Of a DNA stretch of 64,000 nt, positions 49,178-58,041 are shown one piece after another. Numbering within the stretch: the first letter of the stretch is position 1; every line of letters starts with the position of its first letter. A program made the translations under genes and the position numbers. Below the pieces are notes generated by a model, which saw nothing but the letters and a program-made list of their open reading frames with translations, made no database searches and was not told where the DNA came from. Origin of the DNA: a virus; IMG/VR virus record IMGVR_UViG_3300027908_000026, one strand, 5' to 3'.

Positions 49178-50551
49178 ATGTCCCGCATAAAAGATATAGA
49201 GCAATTTGCATCACTCTTCTATAAGAAAGCCTCTATAGAAAGTGATATGGCTAAACGGGTAATGTTAAGTATCATTCCAGAAGTTATGGACCCTCTCCAA
49301 CGAAGCAATACTATGATGCCCGTTGCTCAATGGTCTGTCGATATCACAGCTCTCAAAAGCGCCGTTCGTGGTGCAAAAGATCTTATAAAGTACGGCGCCC
49401 GTGCTTGCTTTGATGAATTGGAATATTATCCCGATAAATACAGAGATGCAGAGGGCGGAGATCCCGATAAGATTAGACAGGTCGAAATAGCAGTACGCTC
49501 TGTTAAACAAGGCAGGATCCTCCTTGAACAAGAAAAATATATAGAACTTCTTGAGCATTGCAGAGATGCTTTTAATGATACTGGCGGTTGGTTAAGCGCA
49601 TTTGGTGGCAGATCTTGGGCTAGAATTGCTGACACACTTTTCCAAATAGGTATAAAGTATAACGAACTAAACGATCCTGCTGTCAAGCGAGACCCAGCCA
49701 AAGAGCTTGATGTCATGAAGCAGATAATTGTGCTTATGAATGTCTTTGATGGCCTTGCTCACAACACTGGTGGTGTACTGCCAAAAGTGCTTGAGATGGA
49801 ATACCGCGATAAACCAGAAATAGTTGCTAACGATCGTGGTGGTTATATAGATAGAGTCCAGAAGATTATGGATGCCAAGGAGCTTGATAACCCAATTGAG
49901 GTTTATAAACAGATAGAGCATATTATAGGGCAGAGCCCATATAGAATGATGTTCGAAGATTATATAAGGAAACTCCGTAGCCATCCCGATTATACAAGAC
50001 CAGAGGACACGGAAGCTACTAAAAACAAGTTAAGAAAAATAAAGTACAGAAAACAGTATATACAAACAGTTGAAAAACTTAACGATAGCATAGCGGAAGC
50101 TGGTGTTGCCGTTCGGACCATAATAAGCAGCAAGGTCCCTCCCCCAAACCAGCGCAGTGAGTTTGGAATTAGCAGCATAAGAGATCAAGTCATAAATAAT
50201 CGAAAGCGCGCGTTAGAAAAACTTTATGTTGCATTAAATCAGATAACATCTAAAATCAGTTATTTCCCAGGTCAAATACAACTGGCAAATCTAGACGATG
50301 ACCGTATATATAAACCGCCCCCGCCCGAATTCAAAACTCTTACCAGTCTCTTCCAGCACGCAAATAATATTAGTGCGCGGTTCTCCGAAATATATCATAG
50401 ATGGTCAGATAGAGATGACTATCATAGATATCAAGGCAGAGAATATCCAGATTTCCCGCCGGAGTTGACTGACGATATGTTAAAGAGCAGCTATTCAAAA
50501 ATAGTTCGAATAGCACAAGAAGCTAAACATATAGCTGATAAAGCGCTATAA
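49178..50551 (+). CDS. Large hypothetical protein with LAxxF-type leader
   Basis: MSRIKDIEQFASLFYKKAS; internal FGGRSWARIAD...LAHNTGG. Confidence 0.8.
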   Translation: MSRIKDIEQFASLFYKKASIESDMAKRVMLSIIPEVMDPLQRSNTMMPVAQWSVDITALKSAVRGAKDLIKYGARACFDELEYYPDKYRDAEGGDPDKIRQVEIAVRSVKQGRILLEQEKYIELLEHCRDAFNDTGGWLSAFGGRSWARIADTLFQIGIKYNELNDPAVKRDPAKELDVMKQIIVLMNVFDGLAHNTGGVLPKVLEMEYRDKPEIVANDRGGYIDRVQKIMDAKELDNPIEVYKQIEHIIGQSPYRMMFEDYIRKLRSHPDYTRPEDTEATKNKLRKIKYRKQYIQTVEKLNDSIAEAGVAVRTIISSKVPPPNQRSEFGISSIRDQVINNRKRALEKLYVALNQITSKISYFPGQIQLANLDDDRIYKPPPPEFKTLTSLFQHANNISARFSEIYHRWSDRDDYHRYQGREYPDFPPELTDDMLKSSYSKIVRIAQEAKHIADKAL

Positions 50552-50586
50552 CATAAACTCCATGCCTGATGCATTTATATGGAGCA

Positions 50587-50835
50587 ATGAAAATAGCATT
50601 CGAATGGGAACAAGATGGGTATCCCTGCACTTACTATAGGTGTTCCTACTACAGCAATATAGGATTCGGTAGATGCGCTTACATATATAGTATTGCTGGT
50701 GGTTACCTATGTTATACAACATACAATAAAAGCACTTTCTTTAAGAAACTAAAGGATGCAAAAGAATTTGCTGATAAGACTCTTGCAGATAATGGATATA
50801 AAACATTGCCAGTCCATACAAAGGTTCTGCTATGA
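50587..50835 (+). CDS. C-tag protein, GYK...KxLL family
   Basis: MKIAFEWE; ends GYKTLPVHTKVLL*. Confidence 0.78.
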   Translation: MKIAFEWEQDGYPCTYYRCSYYSNIGFGRCAYIYSIAGGYLCYTTYNKSTFFKKLKDAKEFADKTLADNGYKTLPVHTKVLL

Positions 50836-51164
50836 GAGCATTATTTGATTGGTCAGATCCATCTTCAGCGGTTTTGCCAATGTGGCGGACCTTTAATATA
50901 ATCGCTGTTAGATGTGATATGCAGAACCGTGCGGTTGTCGCAGTAAGAGAAGAGAAGGGCAAAGACTATGATGCAACACGAAAGTGGCCACAATGCTGCA
51001 TCCCAAAGTCAATATATAAAATAGGTTTTGCAATAGATGATTTCGATGCGGTCAAAACAAGAGTGGTATTTTTAGATATTGAAGCTGCAAAAGCTCATGT
51101 CGATACGATAATGGCAGAACTTGGATATAAGACAATACATCTAGATTTACGAGTGCTTCTATGA
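50832..51164 (+). CDS. C-tag protein, GYK...KxLL family
   Basis: MRALFDW; ends GYKTIHLDLRVLL*. Confidence 0.78.
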   Translation: MRALFDWSDPSSAVLPMWRTFNIIAVRCDMQNRAVVAVREEKGKDYDATRKWPQCCIPKSIYKIGFAIDDFDAVKTRVVFLDIEAAKAHVDTIMAELGYKTIHLDLRVLL

Positions 51165-51463
51165 TAAGGGGATTATTTGACTGGGAACCGGTACCACTCA
51201 CATCATGTCATCCATCCTGCTTCGTAAGAATGTCAGTGAAGAGGAAGATTGTACTCCGATTAGTTGAGGAACGTTGGAAGGACGATAAAATACTTGTGCG
51301 ATGTATTACTTATTGCAAGCGTAATAACATGTATGATATTCTCGACCTGCATCTCCACAATAAAGTATATGCAACTCTTGAAGATGCTAAAAGTACAATT
51401 AACTGTGCACTACAGAAACTCGGATATAAAACACTGCCAGATAAACTAAAGATACTGCTATGA
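51161..51463 (+). CDS. C-tag protein, GYK...KxLL family
   Basis: MIRGLFDW; ends GYKTLPDKLKILL*. Confidence 0.78.
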   Translation: MIRGLFDWEPVPLTSCHPSCFVRMSVKRKIVLRLVEERWKDDKILVRCITYCKRNNMYDILDLHLHNKVYATLEDAKSTINCALQKLGYKTLPDKLKILL

Positions 51464-51819
51464 AAACTATATATTTAGGGCCATGGAAAGAAATCTGGTA
51501 TACTGGTGCGAGCAGGCCATCCTTCGAAAGACCGGTGATTGGTAAGCCAACAGTTTCTGGTGGGGATGGTTCCATATACATGTTTGGTGGCGTTGTAGTA
51601 TACTGGTACGAAACAAAACAACTATATAGCGATAGTGGTTTCGATACATTGTGCCGTAGATTTACAGCTGGCGCCATAGTTGGTAAAAGTGCAAAAAGTG
51701 TAATGAGGAAGGTAGATGCAAAGTTTATGGGTATAGAACAAAGTTTTGATGGCGGAGAAACATATATGCTTGTTCCACTAGACAAAAAGAAATATCAATC
51801 ATTAATGGTTCTAGCATAG
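51460..51819 (+). CDS. C-tag protein
   Basis: Ends KYQSLMVLA*. Confidence 0.75.
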   Translation: MKTIYLGPWKEIWYTGASRPSFERPVIGKPTVSGGDGSIYMFGGVVVYWYETKQLYSDSGFDTLCRRFTAGAIVGKSAKSVMRKVDAKFMGIEQSFDGGETYMLVPLDKKKYQSLMVLA

Positions 51820-51845
51820 GGCTGGTATTACTATAACATATATGT

Positions 51846-52211
51846 GTGAACAAAGACATATCCCAGTTAGCAACCAAATTCGACAAGCTCGCCCAGCAGA
51901 CCCAGCCAGCTGCAACTGACGCAGGGCTTATCGATAGTATATCAAATGCTCTCCAGCATGCAGCTCAGTCGCTTGCTACTGATGCTGCTCATGTGGCGGA
52001 GTTTCAAAGAGCAATGGCACCACTGCTCCAAGCGAGACGCAACTGGAATGCACTCTCTCCCCAGAATAAGCTCCAGATTATAACATCTGTGTTTCAGCAA
52101 TACACAAGCCTGCCACAAAACTACATGGACCCAAACAATTTCAAGCCCGTTGCTCTGCGTGACAATATATCGAGACTGTTTTCGAAGCTCGTATCACAGT
52201 ATAGGGGCTAA
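51846..52211 (+). CDS. Gln/Ala-rich helical protein with LAxxF leader
   Basis: MNKDISQLATKFDKLAQ. Confidence 0.75.
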   Translation: MNKDISQLATKFDKLAQQTQPAATDAGLIDSISNALQHAAQSLATDAAHVAEFQRAMAPLLQARRNWNALSPQNKLQIITSVFQQYTSLPQNYMDPNNFKPVALRDNISRLFSKLVSQYRG

Positions 52212-52480
52212 AGAAGAACAATAAGCTTTTCAAGTGTTGCAAGCTCTTCGGGGTAATCTCGGAGAGCTTCTTTTATATATGGAATAGCAGTGGGGTTGTT
52301 AAAGATTAAATCCTTAACTGTAAAACTATAGCATTTTGTCTTAAAACATGCTTGATAATAATCAATCATACACACGTACTGAACAAAGTTCATGCGCTGA
52401 TAAATCTTTGTTTGAAGCCAGCAGTTATGGCATTGCTCTAATCCCTGCCGAACACATCTATTAATTGATTTGTCTTTCAT
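52208..52480 (-). CDS. C-tag protein, Cys-rich CxxxGL family
   Basis: CVRQGLEQCHNC; ends DYPEELATLEKLIVLL*. Confidence 0.78.
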   Translation of the reverse strand: MKDKSINRCVRQGLEQCHNCWLQTKIYQRMNFVQYVCMIDYYQACFKTKCYSFTVKDLIFNNPTAIPYIKEALRDYPEELATLEKLIVLL

Positions 52481-52731
52481 TTGAGTACCATAAGCTTCTC
52501 ATATACTGCAAGCTTTTCTGGGTACTCCCGCAGTGCAGCAATAAGATACTGTGATTGAAGAGGAACCCTAATCTTATTTTCTACAATCATAGAACGTATA
52601 TCCCAATCCTTTACTAACTTTCTATACTCGTCGATCCAGCACCGTGTACCAAACTTATTTAATGGAGAACCTAATTTTTTTCTAATGCAGCCCGGGCAAT
52701 CTTTGAGCCCATAATCGGAGCACGTTTTCAT
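52477..52731 (-). CDS. C-tag protein, Cys-rich CxxxGL family
   Basis: CSDYGLKDCPGC...CW; ends EYPEKLAVYEKLMVLK*. Confidence 0.78.
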   Translation of the reverse strand: MKTCSDYGLKDCPGCIRKKLGSPLNKFGTRCWIDEYRKLVKDWDIRSMIVENKIRVPLQSQYLIAALREYPEKLAVYEKLMVLK

Positions 52732-52764
52732 TTCTATTTCTTTCTGTATGTCGATATGAAGCAG

Positions 52765-53058
52765 TTATTTCTTATTATCTTTTTTCGACTTCAACCGGTG
52801 ACACGCAACGCATAAAATTTGAAGCCCACTCGAAGGACAGAAGAGTCGTTCGATATAAGTATTGAAGTCTTTACACTTACCGATTGCTACAATGTGATCA
52901 ACTTCAATCTTTTTGCGTTGAAAGATACCACCACACTTATTGCATTTATATTTACCATATGCTACCTTTGCAGCTTTCAATGCGGACTGTCTTTGTTTTG
53001 ATCTGCCCCACGTTCTTCGTAAGGATGCCTTGATATAGTTAGTTACAGCTTTTTCCAT
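52765..53058 (-). CDS. Small HNH endonuclease
   Basis: CNKC...VDHIV...LQILCVACH. Confidence 0.8.
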   Translation of the reverse strand: MEKAVTNYIKASLRRTWGRSKQRQSALKAAKVAYGKYKCNKCGGIFQRKKIEVDHIVAIGKCKDFNTYIERLFCPSSGLQILCVACHRLKSKKDNKK

Positions 53059-53066
53059 ATAAGATA

Positions 53067-53351
53067 TTATAACAAGAGCAATAAGCTCTGAACTATCTCT
53101 TTCTTATCAGGGTAGTTTGATACTATGGCCATAAAGTGCTCTCTTTGATAATCATTTTTAAGATACCATACTGCAGCTTTCTTAAATTCCCGGTTGGACA
53201 TTTTTTGCATTTTCTTTTCGAATTTATCCATCTGACAGATGGCGGAAAATAAAGAGTCCATCTCCGCTATTTTTATCTCCGTTGCATGATTGTACCACCA
53301 GTAACATTCACCACAGGCTTTGAGCCCTTCTTTTATACATCGTCCTATCAT
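53067..53351 (-). CDS. C-tag protein, Cys-rich CxxxGL family
   Basis: CIKEGLKACGEC; ends NYPDKKEIVQSLLLLL*. Confidence 0.78.
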   Translation of the reverse strand: MIGRCIKEGLKACGECYWWYNHATEIKIAEMDSLFSAICQMDKFEKKMQKMSNREFKKAAVWYLKNDYQREHFMAIVSNYPDKKEIVQSLLLLL

Positions 53352-53608
53352 ACAAGCACCAATAACTTCTCATATACTGCAAGCATTTCGGGATGTCGCT
53401 GCAGTGCCGCAATAAAGTAGTTGTGATAGTTGTAGTGATACACGCCAGTTACTTCTTCCACATAGCTTACTGCACGCAATTTGATATATTCATTTGTTAA
53501 TACATTTTCATACCAGCTAACCCAGCATTCTTTCTTGACCTGCCCACGTTCTGCCCAATAACATTCGCGACATTGTTCCAATCCCATCTCGACGCATATA
53601 TTAATCAT
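53348..53608 (-). CDS. C-tag protein, Cys-rich CxxxGL family
   Basis: CVEMGLEQCREC...ECW; ends HPEMLAVYEKLLVLV*. Confidence 0.78.
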   Translation of the reverse strand: MINICVEMGLEQCRECYWAERGQVKKECWVSWYENVLTNEYIKLRAVSYVEEVTGVYHYNYHNYFIAALQRHPEMLAVYEKLLVLV

Positions 53609-53844
53609 TTTAATACCAATAAACTTTCGAACTTTTCAATTGAGTCTGCTGGGTCATCCTCATTCATATCCACCCGCTTTTTGACAAAGCATATAGTACC
53701 ATCGGAACGAATAATCGTAGTCCAGAAATCGCATACTCTATATGTAATAGTACCTGCTGCAGTTTTTATACTATATGCTGTAACAACAATTCGCGCGCCA
53801 TCTGCGTCCTCGTAAAGCTTTTCTTTCTTTTTCGTAATTCTCAT
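53605..53844 (-). CDS. C-tag protein
   Basis: Ends PADSIEKFESLLVLK*. Confidence 0.75.
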   Translation of the reverse strand: MRITKKKEKLYEDADGARIVVTAYSIKTAAGTITYRVCDFWTTIIRSDGTICFVKKRVDMNEDDPADSIEKFESLLVLK

Positions 53845-54095
53845 AGCAGTGTCTTTAAGTGTTCAGGTAGTGGCACAAAATTATTCTTTGTAAGAGCTTC
53901 TAGTATATGATTATTTGCATCATCAAATGTATCAAACTTTACCCATCCATCCCATGTGCCATAAACATTCTTATATATGGTACCATTTATTGTCGTACTT
54001 AACCGAATTACCTGCGCAAGTAGATTATGCTTTGTGTCTAAATACTTTCTTCCAAGTAAGTCAGTATAGTCTTCACAGTAGTAAAATCTTTTCAC
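53841..54095 (-). CDS. C-tag protein, GYK...KxLL family
   Basis: Ends NFVPLPEHLKTLL*. Confidence 0.75.
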   Translation of the reverse strand: MKRFYYCEDYTDLLGRKYLDTKHNLLAQVIRLSTTINGTIYKNVYGTWDGWVKFDTFDDANNHILEALTKNNFVPLPEHLKTLL

Positions 54096-54149
54096 GCAAT
54101 CATTATAACCATCCCATAGCAGCGCGATATATTAACGAATGAGGAAATC

Positions 54150-54434
54150 ATGTTTGCTTTATTTTTTATTTTTGTCGTGTTCGTTTTGGGTTTTGTCTCC
54201 GGCGCCAGATTAATGATGCATCGTAAATCAAGGAGCTGGTACTTTAATAAGATGTTCCAGCTCAAGATTAAGCTTGGATTATGTGAACATCCAAATATGA
54301 ACGGTTCTTATGTTAAAGGAACGGGGCACAGAGATAAGAATAACGAGCTAACAGGATTTGCTTATACATATGTTTGTCATGATTGCGGCGCAACTCTCGA
54401 TAGTAGAGAAGGCTTCTGGCGACAAAAGCAATAA
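54150..54434 (+). CDS. Membrane protein with N-terminal TM helix and CxxC
   Basis: MFALFFIFVVFVLGFVSG; CHDC; GAGG upstream. Confidence 0.7.
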   Translation: MFALFFIFVVFVLGFVSGARLMMHRKSRSWYFNKMFQLKIKLGLCEHPNMNGSYVKGTGHRDKNNELTGFAYTYVCHDCGATLDSREGFWRQKQ

Positions 54435-54436
54435 TA

Positions 54437-54688
54437 CTACAGCAGTGCTTTGAAATGGTCTTCTAGATGTTTATATCCTAAAGAAGAAAGACTTTCTACT
54501 ATATAATTTACTGCGGCCTCAAAGGTTTCGAATTTTCTACATTTATCGTTTAATAAACTGCAACATGCTCGATATCCATCATAAGAAGAAATACTACTTA
54601 TAATAGTTCTTCCTTTTACTTGTACAAAATACCAAGTATAACACCTGCTTGATTTACAATTGCAGGGTTCTGGCCCATAGAATTTCAT
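54437..54688 (-). CDS. C-tag protein, GYK...KxLL family
   Basis: Ends GYKHLEDHFKALL*. Confidence 0.78.
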   Translation of the reverse strand: MKFYGPEPCNCKSSRCYTWYFVQVKGRTIISSISSYDGYRACCSLLNDKCRKFETFEAAVNYIVESLSSLGYKHLEDHFKALL

Positions 54689-54885
54689 AGCAGCACCGAT
54701 AGTTTATCGAATATTGGTATATGTCTCTTGGCATCTGCTACAATGAGACATGCCCTAACAATATTAGCATCGTAGTACCTGAGAAGATGTACAATACAAC
54801 GCCGAGGATTTTCCATTCCCCAGTGAGAATTTACAGTATCTATGATGTCTATATAAGAGCTAGGATCAGTGTATCGAGTTGTCAT
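54685..54885 (-). CDS. C-tag protein, helical type
   Basis: Ends IFDKLSVLL*. Confidence 0.72.
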   Translation of the reverse strand: MTTRYTDPSSYIDIIDTVNSHWGMENPRRCIVHLLRYYDANIVRACLIVADAKRHIPIFDKLSVLL

Positions 54886-55172
54886 AATAATGTTTTATAG
54901 TGCTCTGGCATTTGTTTGTAACCCGAATTTACAAGATCAGCTAATATGTAATCTTGTGCTTCTGCAAGAGTATTAAAGCTCACTCCTAAGGGATAAGCGC
55001 CCACATAACAGTAAGCTCTATATTCATCTTTCTTAACAGTAAGATCTGGTTCACAAAAGTGGAATACATCGGCTAGTATATTACCAATTAAATCTTTGTA
55101 TATCCAAACGCGCGACTTGCCACCCCACCTGACACCAGCATTTGGTATAAAAAATGCTTTATAAGCATTCAT
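54882..55172 (-). CDS. C-tag protein, GYK...KxLL family
   Basis: Ends GYKQMPEHYKTLL*. Confidence 0.78.
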   Translation of the reverse strand: MNAYKAFFIPNAGVRWGGKSRVWIYKDLIGNILADVFHFCEPDLTVKKDEYRAYCYVGAYPLGVSFNTLAEAQDYILADLVNSGYKQMPEHYKTLL

Positions 55173-55423
55173 GCAAGCACCATTAGTTTTTCATATATTG
55201 CAGACAGTTCTGGATTGCGTTTGAGAGCTGCAAGAAAATATATGTGATATGTTGGAGTATAGTGCTTACTACGATTAATCACTCTAGCTCTAATGTATTT
55301 GTCTGATATAATGCGTTCATAGAAATAAACCCAACATTCTTTTCCAAGAGATTTGCGTTGATCTTCTGCATTCCATCGACAGAAGTTGCAGACAGGCAGT
55401 CCCAGTTCAATGCAAGTGCTCAT
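55169..55423 (-). CDS. C-tag protein, Cys-rich CxxxGL family
   Basis: CIELGLPVCNFC...ECW; ends NPELSAIYEKLMVLA*. Confidence 0.78.
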   Translation of the reverse strand: MSTCIELGLPVCNFCRWNAEDQRKSLGKECWVYFYERIISDKYIRARVINRSKHYTPTYHIYFLAALKRNPELSAIYEKLMVLA

Positions 55424-55479
55424 GCAACCAATATAACCATCTGCCAGGAGCCTGCTATATATTAGAGTAAGGAAACGTT

Positions 55480-55698
55480 ATGAGTAATGGTTGGACTATG
55501 GTTGCGAAAAAGATTATTAATTTGGAATTAAGAACGGGCAGTCGTCTTCGTAAGCCCGGAGCTTTCAAAGAGGCAGTCTTAAGCTTATTTGATGTATTTG
55601 ATAGAGACCCAGCAGTTATAGCATATATTAGGAAAAGGATTCGGCGCCAATATAAAGAGTATAGCGAGTGGTACGATAAGATTATTGTGTTATTATAA
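55480..55698 (+). CDS. C-tag protein, helical type
   Basis: Ends WYDKIIVLL*. Confidence 0.75.
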   Translation: MSNGWTMVAKKIINLELRTGSRLRKPGAFKEAVLSLFDVFDRDPAVIAYIRKRIRRQYKEYSEWYDKIIVLL

Positions 55699-55725
55699 GC
55701 TGTGCATTAAAGCATATATCATTTA

Positions 55726-56028
55726 ATGAATCATTCTAAGATACTAGAGCTTGCAACGCAGTTCCATAAAAATGCAGTAGAACCACCCACCCAAGAAGGG
55801 AAACATCATATAGATGTTGATGCCATTGTCCTTGCTCTTAAAGAACTTGGTTCCGCAACGTTGGATGAGCTATCGAGAAAGACTAAAACCTATGATAGAA
55901 CTCTTATTCGTATATTAGAAAAGCTTATTGAGACAGGTATTGTCAATAAGAGACAAGAAGAACGCAAACGAAAAGCTTTTCAAGGAAGCACAAGAATCTT
56001 TAATGTTAATGTGTATTCTGTTGTTTAG
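55726..56028 (+). CDS. Winged-helix protein with LAxxF leader
   Basis: MNHSKILELATQFHKNA; ATLDELSRKT...LIRILEKLIETGIV. Confidence 0.7.
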   Translation: MNHSKILELATQFHKNAVEPPTQEGKHHIDVDAIVLALKELGSATLDELSRKTKTYDRTLIRILEKLIETGIVNKRQEERKRKAFQGSTRIFNVNVYSVV

Positions 56029-56309
56029 ATTAGTATAGCTAACTTGTCTTCGCCATTAATCAATCTCCAACCAGCCGCTACCAAAGCAGCATCGACGGTT
56101 TTCATTGCGGCATCTTTTGATGTTACGCCGCGGTCCAATAAAGGTTTTGTAAAAATACCCACACTGTTGCAATCATAAGCGTCGAAATACCACGCTCCAA
56201 AATGAACACTATACCAAACACAGCCGCACCATCTGCTTCTATCATGATGCCTGATTCTATAATTGGAAGCGCCACGTTCTCTCCATGGTAATGCAATATA
56301 GTTCTTCAT
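56025..56309 (-). CDS. C-tag protein, GYK...KxLL family (variant)
   Basis: Ends GWRLINGEDKLAILI*. Confidence 0.75.
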   Translation of the reverse strand: MKNYIALPWRERGASNYRIRHHDRSRWCGCVWYSVHFGAWYFDAYDCNSVGIFTKPLLDRGVTSKDAAMKTVDAALVAAGWRLINGEDKLAILI

Positions 56310-56602
56310 ATCAGCACCTGCATATGTTGCGGTAGTTGTTTATAACCGTTTTGAATCAAGTGAGATATTGTATACTTTTCTGCTTCTTCGTATGTTCTAA
56401 ATTGCATAACAGTAAACATTATTTCGGGTTCCGAGTTAAAATATGTTGTCAAATGATATTTGATACCATTTTGTGGTTCTCCCATACGACGCCAAATACG
56501 TACTAATAAAGTTTTGTTTTTGTTCGGTATAAAGAACTTCCAGTTTGCGTCATAATAAGTAGCAGCAAGTGGAATTTCATCAGATTGTATAAAAGCTTTC
56601 AT
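56306..56602 (-). CDS. C-tag protein, GYK...KxLL family
   Basis: Ends GYKQLPQHMQVLI*. Confidence 0.78.
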   Translation of the reverse strand: MKAFIQSDEIPLAATYYDANWKFFIPNKNKTLLVRIWRRMGEPQNGIKYHLTTYFNSEPEIMFTVMQFRTYEEAEKYTISHLIQNGYKQLPQHMQVLI

Positions 56603-56877
56603 AATAGTGTTTTGTAATGGTCCCCTAGCAATTTATAACCAAGCTTACATAGGTTGTTCAATATATGGTTTTCTGCTTCTTCGAAACTGTCAAACTCAAT
56701 GCCTGTCATACTATCATTTGTACACCATGCGTTGTATGTATTCATTTCTTTGTTAAACCTAATGTCTGCAATAGTTGTATAATGCCCAGAAGCTTCGAGG
56801 TACTCATAAAGCCAGGCAACTGTTGTGATGTCTCGGAAGAATTTTCCAATTTTCCTTGGTCCAAAACATACTTTCAT
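56599..56877 (-). CDS. C-tag protein, GYK...KxLL family
   Basis: MKVCFGP start by family similarity; ends GYKLLGDHYKTLL*. Confidence 0.78.
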   Translation of the reverse strand: MKVCFGPRKIGKFFRDITTVAWLYEYLEASGHYTTIADIRFNKEMNTYNAWCTNDSMTGIEFDSFEEAENHILNNLCKLGYKLLGDHYKTLL

Positions 56878-56915
56878 AATAACACCTGTAAAATAATCTT
56901 GTAGAATTTTCTCAT
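56874..56915 (-). CDS. 13-aa mini-ORF MRKFYKIILQVLL, essentially the C-tag alone
   Basis: ATGA overlap at both ends, exactly filling the gap between two family genes. Confidence 0.55.
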   Translation of the reverse strand: MRKFYKIILQVLL

Positions 56916-57178
56916 AATAGTGCTTTATAGTGGTCTGCCATTTGCTTATATCCAAGCTTTGTTAGGCCTTCCAATAGATAGTGGTTAGCGTCTATTAAAC
57001 TATTAAATACACCATACATGATCTTAGATATATTATAGTTTATATAAAAAATAACAGTATAATTAGAAGTTTCATCATAGTAAAATATATTTGCTATGAC
57101 AACGTTTTTTGAATCCATATACTGCCAAATTGTAACACCATCGGCGATTCCAATATTGGGCCCGAAAACCGCTTTCAT
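56912..57178 (-). CDS. C-tag protein, GYK...KxLL family
   Basis: MKAVFGP; ends GYKQMADHYKALL*. Confidence 0.78.
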   Translation of the reverse strand: MKAVFGPNIGIADGVTIWQYMDSKNVVIANIFYYDETSNYTVIFYINYNISKIMYGVFNSLIDANHYLLEGLTKLGYKQMADHYKALL

Positions 57179-57429
57179 AATAACAGCATATACCTTTCTG
57201 GCAGCACTTTATAATTTCGACATTCTAAGTATTCTTTGCACCAACAGCAAGCTTCTTCAAAGGTTTCAAAGTTTTTGTATGCTCCCTCATAATAGCAGCA
57301 TATATTGTATGACTTATTTGTGTATCTAATAATGTCTACGATAACATCCTGCAGCGAATCATAATAAACCCATTTCTCCATTCCGGATTTTGAGTTTATA
57401 TTGCAGCAAATTGGCCCGAAGATTATCAT
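57175..57429 (-). CDS. C-tag protein, GYK...KxLL family
   Basis: MIIFGP start by family similarity; ends NYKVLPERYMLLL*. Confidence 0.72.
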   Translation of the reverse strand: MIIFGPICCNINSKSGMEKWVYYDSLQDVIVDIIRYTNKSYNICCYYEGAYKNFETFEEACCWCKEYLECRNYKVLPERYMLLL

Positions 57430-57511
57430 ATGTTGCAGACATAAGGATGTCGATGATCTTGCATGGTGGAAAATATAACACGCTGCATAGCATCGCGCTA
57501 TATAATAGAGA

Positions 57512-57772
57512 ATGAAAAAGATTGTGTTCGACTGGGAGCAAGAGAAGTCTAGCGTATTCGAGCTGTGTATAGTACATTTTGATGCAGATAGAAATTGGAT
57601 TGCATCCGTTGTAAAGCTATCCAAGGATACGTATCTTGTTAACTTCAATGGTAGAACAATATTGGACCAACAAGTTTTTACAAATATCAATAATGCAAAA
57701 GCTTATGTCGATAATAAGCTAAAACATCTTGATTATAAGATAATTGCTCTTGATTATAAGGCGCTCTTATAA
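57512..57772 (+). CDS. C-tag protein, GYK...KxLL family
   Basis: MKKIVFDWE; ends DYKIIALDYKALL*. Confidence 0.78.
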   Translation: MKKIVFDWEQEKSSVFELCIVHFDADRNWIASVVKLSKDTYLVNFNGRTILDQQVFTNINNAKAYVDNKLKHLDYKIIALDYKALL

Positions 57773-57777
57773 ACATT

Positions 57778-58041
57778 TCATAATAAAAGCAAAAGCTTCT
57801 GAAACTTATCATAAAGCTTGGGAACTTTCTTTGCTGCTACGAGCATATATGGAAGACTGTTCTTATTAAATGCTCTAATAAAATCCGTATAGTCTTTTGC
57901 CGTAGTAAAGGATTTTGTTTCAAATATCGTGCTAAAGAAATCTATATAGCATTCACAGCTAGCAGGATTAATCCCACGGTTTGACCAATAACTGCACCAC
58001 GGGCATCTCGGAAGACCATTCTTTTCACAATTGTTCATCAT
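57778..58041 (-). CDS. C-tag protein, Cys-rich CxxxGL family
   Basis: CEKNGLPRCPWC; ends KFQKLLLLL*. Confidence 0.78.
   Translation of the reverse strand: MMNNCEKNGLPRCPWCSYWSNRGINPASCECYIDFFSTIFETKSFTTAKDYTDFIRAFNKNSLPYMLVAAKKVPKLYDKFQKLLLLL

Noticed and set aside
57175-57690. 171-aa version of the minus-strand ORF
   Set aside because: Extension is antisense to the family gene 57512..57772; family pattern places the start at 57429.
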